A stretch of 25,863 nt of DNA from Leptolyngbyaceae cyanobacterium. GTDB taxonomy: Bacteria > Cyanobacteriota > Cyanobacteriia > Phormidesmidales > Phormidesmidaceae. The position numbers were made by a program, and so were the translations under genes. The notes under the pieces were generated by a model. The model ran no database searches. It saw only the letters and a list, made by a program, of their open reading frames with translations, and was not told the origin of the DNA. Shown piece after piece: positions 22,415-25,863 of this stretch. The first letter of the stretch is position 1. Each line of letters begins with the position of its first letter. Location of the stretch: NCBI GenBank assembly GCA_050331235.1, contig JBHJHA010000097.1:1-25863 (forward strand), given 5' to 3'.

Positions 22415-23011
22415 TTAGTTCAACCCACCGACCCGGTTGGGAGGCCAAAAGCGCACGACCGCTTTTCCAATAATATTTTCTTGAGGGACAAACGCATCTG
22501 GCTCCCAAGCGTGGCTGTCGTAGCTGCTGTTGCGATTGTCTCCCAGCACCAAATAAGACTCTGGTGGCACTGTTTCAGGTCCCCAAGCATAGTTAGGTTC
22601 GGCCTTGATGTAGGTTTCGTCAAGGGCTGCACCATTGACAAACACAGTGCCGTCGCGGACTTCTACCGTTTCGCCAGGCAAGCCGATGACGCGCTTGATA
22701 AAGGCATCTCGGCGATTTTGGTCTTCAAACAGGCTGTCGGGGGGCCAAAAAACGATGATGTCGCCTCTTTGGGGTGGGTTGAGGTGATAGCTGATTTTTT
22801 CGACGACTAAGCGATCATTAATCTCCAGAGTCGGCTCCATTGAGCCAGAGGGAATGTATCGCGCTTCTGCTACAAAGGTCCGAATACCCAGCGCCAAAAC
22901 GATGCTCAAGCCCAGGGTTTGCAGTCCTTCAACAATCGGATTTGTTTTGGTTTCCGCTGGTTTGTTTGGGGAACTGTTGGGCGGATTCGGAGGCTGAGAA
23001 TAATCAGTCAT
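22415..23011 (-). CDS. lepB: Signal peptidase I
   Basis: Motifs IPSGSMEPTL (Ser), AFIKRVIGLPG (Lys) and LGDNRNSSYDSH, with one N-terminal TM helix. Start taken at ATG 23011. Confidence 0.96.
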   Translation of the reverse strand: MTDYSQPPNPPNSSPNKPAETKTNPIVEGLQTLGLSIVLALGIRTFVAEARYIPSGSMEPTLEINDRLVVEKISYHLNPPQRGDIIVFWPPDSLFEDQNRRDAFIKRVIGLPGETVEVRDGTVFVNGAALDETYIKAEPNYAWGPETVPPESYLVLGDNRNSSYDSHAWEPDAFVPQENIIGKAVVRFWPPNRVGGLN

Positions 23012-23146
23012 GTTGGGCGCAGCGTCCGTAGCAGGTTGCAAGAAGATAGCTTACCGATCATACTCGATCGCAAAGTTTTTCAACGTGAGTAAAAGACGAA
23101 GAGACAGTGTAAATTGTGCCCAAAGGGTTTCGAGGAAGGCAGGGCT

Positions 23147-24475
23147 ATGTCAGCGTCAGAATATTTGATCAAACACGCCCAGGTGTTGTTGCCATCCGGT
23201 GAGCTTGCATCTGTAGATGTGGTTACCGTGGGCGATCGCATTACCGCAGTGGGCTCCAATGCGGCAGCGGCAGCAAGTGCCGGGGCCGCGGTCATTGACG
23301 CCGCCGGACTCACCCTACTGCCCGGCGTGATCGATCCCCAGGTGCACTTTCGTGATCCGGGGCTAGAGCATAAAGAAGATTTACACACGGCCTCGCGGGC
23401 TTGCGCTCGAGGCGGTGTCACATCCTTTTTAGAAATGCCTAACACCCTGCCGCTAACAACGACGCAGGCAATTTTGACCGATAAACTCAACATTGCTGCT
23501 GAGAAATGTTTGGTCAATTATGGTTTTTTTATCGGGGCTACCGCGGAAAATCTCGACGATTTACGGACAGCGAATCCCACCTGCGGCATCAAAATTTTTA
23601 TGGGGTCCAACCATGGCGCACTGCTGGTGGATACCGAAGCCGCAATCGAACCCATCTTTGCTAAGGGCGATCGCCTAATTGCGGTCCATGCAGAGAACCA
23701 AGCGCGCATCTCAGCCCGGCGCAAATTGTTTGCCGGATGCGCCGATCCTGCCGTACACACGCTGATTCAAGACAATCAGACAGCCTTAGACGCGACCCAG
23801 CTAGCCCTAAAACTATCTAAGAAATATCAGCGCCGCCTGCATATTCTGCATCTCTCGACTGGGGATGAAGCCGAACTGCTACGTCAAGATAAACCCCCCT
23901 GGGTCACCGTGGAAGTAACCCCGCAGCACTTATTACTCAACATCAACGCCTACGAAGAAATTGGTACCCTGGCGCAGATGAACCCACCACTGAAATCGCC
24001 AGCCGACAATAAAATTCTCTGGCAGGCGCTGCACGATGGTGTGATTGATTTCATTGCCACCGATCATGCCCCCCATACCCTAGAAGAAAAAGCGCGAACC
24101 TATCCCAATAGCCCCTCAGGAATGCCGGGCGTGGAGACCTCTTTGCCCCTGATGCTGACCCAGGCCAAGGCTGGACGCTGCACCATTGCCCAGGTTTCTC
24201 AGTGGATGTCGCGGGGCCCAGCCCAAGCTTACGGGATTCCCAACAAGGGGCTGATTGAGCCGGGGTATGACGCTGACTTGGTACTGGTCGATTGGGAAAC
24301 GGAAAAACCAGTGCGGCGCGAAGAGTTGCAGACCAAATGTGGCTGGAGCCCCTTTGAGGGATGGTCGCTCACCGGCTGGCCGGTAATGACTTTGGTTAAT
24401 GGCGAGTTAGTCTTTGACCAAGGGAAATTTAATGAATCTGTTAGGGGACGCCCCCTAACTTTTGACGATAATTAG
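23147..24475 (+). CDS. pyrC: Dihydroorotase-family cyclic amidohydrolase
   Basis: Motifs LPGVIDPQVHFRDPG, GGVT...MPNT, GIKIFMG, HAE, HILHLS, MNPPL, ATDHAPH, GMPG and KCGWSPF. GAGGAAGG lies upstream of ATG 23147. Confidence 0.88.
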   Translation: MSASEYLIKHAQVLLPSGELASVDVVTVGDRITAVGSNAAAAASAGAAVIDAAGLTLLPGVIDPQVHFRDPGLEHKEDLHTASRACARGGVTSFLEMPNTLPLTTTQAILTDKLNIAAEKCLVNYGFFIGATAENLDDLRTANPTCGIKIFMGSNHGALLVDTEAAIEPIFAKGDRLIAVHAENQARISARRKLFAGCADPAVHTLIQDNQTALDATQLALKLSKKYQRRLHILHLSTGDEAELLRQDKPPWVTVEVTPQHLLLNINAYEEIGTLAQMNPPLKSPADNKILWQALHDGVIDFIATDHAPHTLEEKARTYPNSPSGMPGVETSLPLMLTQAKAGRCTIAQVSQWMSRGPAQAYGIPNKGLIEPGYDADLVLVDWETEKPVRREELQTKCGWSPFEGWSLTGWPVMTLVNGELVFDQGKFNESVRGRPLTFDDN

Positions 24476-24481
24476 AGGGTC

Positions 24482-25354
24482 GTGTCAGCGTTGCCTGCTT
24501 TGTTATCCCCGCTTTGGACTGAGCCTTTAGCAGTAGAGCGTTTGACTGTTTCAATTGCTGACCTCCCCAACCAGTTGAACGGGACAACCGTTGTTCAACT
24601 TTCTGATTTTCATTTTGATGGTCGTAGCCTGTCGGCTCAAATCTTGAAGGACGCGATCGCCCAGTGCGAAGTCATTTCTCCTGAACTAGTGGTGCTCACC
24701 GGCGACTTTGTTACTGAGTCAGCCCAGGATATCTTTGCGCTGGTGCCCTATTTGACTAAGTTGTCTAGTCGACGAGGGATTTATGCCAGCTTTGGTAATC
24801 ACGACAACCGTCGTCCTCCCATGCGCCAGATCATCTATAAGGCCCTCGCTGACCATGGTATTCAGCCCCTGTGGAATGAGATTGACTATCCCCTAGGACC
24901 AACACTGACCCTGGTCAGCCTGGCCGATTGGTACTCCAAGGAATTTGCTGCAGCTCCAGTACTCCAGCAGTTAGACAATGCGGTGCCCCGGTTAGTGCTG
25001 TCTCACAACCCTGACAGTCTGGTCGCAATGAAAAAACTGAGGGCCGATTTGGTGCTGGCGGGCCATACTCACGGGGGGCAGGTCGTGATTCCCGGCTGGG
25101 GTCCCCTGCCGCGACTCTTGCAAAGTGTGGGGACATACGTACCGGCCCGGGCGCGTCCGTTCATTCCCTATTTGCGCAAAAATTGCGATCGCGTCTTTCG
25201 TCATTGGGAATGGGCCGCTGGTCTCCACCGCGTAGGCAGCAATCAACTCTATGTCAATCGCGGCCTGGCCAGCTACTTTCCGGGGCGACTCTTTTGCCCC
25301 CCTGAGCTAACCTTGATCACGTTAGTCAGCAGCGAATTCGACAGCTGCGATTGA
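24482..25354 (+). CDS. Calcineurin-like metallophosphoesterase (YkuE-like)
   Basis: Motifs LSDFH, LTGDF, GNHD, LSHNPD, GHTHGGQ and YVNRG. GTG start 6 nt after the pyrC stop. Confidence 0.9.
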   Translation: MSALPALLSPLWTEPLAVERLTVSIADLPNQLNGTTVVQLSDFHFDGRSLSAQILKDAIAQCEVISPELVVLTGDFVTESAQDIFALVPYLTKLSSRRGIYASFGNHDNRRPPMRQIIYKALADHGIQPLWNEIDYPLGPTLTLVSLADWYSKEFAAAPVLQQLDNAVPRLVLSHNPDSLVAMKKLRADLVLAGHTHGGQVVIPGWGPLPRLLQSVGTYVPARARPFIPYLRKNCDRVFRHWEWAAGLHRVGSNQLYVNRGLASYFPGRLFCPPELTLITLVSSEFDSCD

Positions 25355-25724
25355 GCTGATTGGGTTAGACGTCAGCTTGAGATTTCAGGATCGAGTCCAT
25401 AAGTTGAAACTGTCTACAAAATGCCATTTGGCTCATTTTGGTTTTTGCAGCGCCTCGATCACCGAAAAGAGGCCGAAGGGACTGCAGTGAGTGGGACACT
25501 TTCAAGCGCCGGATCACCCGTGGCCAGTCCTTACTTGCACTTGCCCGCTTACTCCTGTCGACCTTCTGGTAGAGAAAATGACCAGAATGTAGAAGCCAAT
25601 ACTCTACTGTGTAGCCAAAACTGCTCTTCTTCCTGCGACCTCAACGAAAGCAACGATAGGATTGGTGTCTTCCAAGCTGAATCAGCCGTATATTTTGAGA
25701 TCGCGGCGATCGAGGACTGAATAC

Positions 25725-25863
25725 TAGTACCGCATGGCGGAAATGCAGATACCCTTAAGGAGTCAGTTTTAGAGGCCTGAGTCTGATGCCTGGTCGCGCC
25801 CTGCCCGCCCTCATTGTGAGCGAAACCGAACGCCATGAACTCGAGCAGTTGGTGAAGCGACCG
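25725..25863 (+). mobile_element. Left end of a probable IS630-family insertion sequence (truncated by the window edge)
   Basis: TA-GTACCGCATGGCGGAAAT resembles, from memory, cyanobacterial IS630 ends with a TA target. A transposase-like start follows about 60 nt later. Only one end is visible. Confidence 0.65.
25786..25863 (+). CDS. N-terminal fragment of an IS630-like transposase
   Basis: Hand translation MPGRALPALIVSETERHELEQLVKRP matches the 'LSxxERxELEQLV(K/R)R' start typical of IS630 HTH domains. The frame is open to the window end. Confidence 0.65.
   Translation, partial: MPGRALPALIVSETERHELEQLVKRP

Overview
Cyanobacterial chromosomal segment. Evidence: 34 HIP1 octamers (GCGATCGC) counted by eye, the hisD/rpsT/tatD/rpoB gene order and a Gap1-type GAPDH. 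It is probably a whole draft contig, starting in error-laden rpoB sequence and ending inside the first ~140 bp of an IS630-like element. Most content is housekeeping: rpoB 5' part, tatD, rpsT, hisD, deoC, gap1, rarA, an FKBP PPIase, lepB, a dihydroorotase and a metallophosphoesterase. It also holds a GT2-GT2-acetyltransferase exopolysaccharide cluster, a double-GT2 gene and an orphan PGM1-like ATP-grasp ligase. The most interesting unit is a three-gene minus-strand cluster: Asp/Glu racemase, ABC-type solute-binding protein, and DAACS (GltP-like) symporter, with no ABC permease or ATPase. It is a candidate binding-protein-assisted D/L-amino-acid uptake and racemisation system. Its transporter carries one in-frame TAG. 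All family calls come from motif recognition, not database searches.
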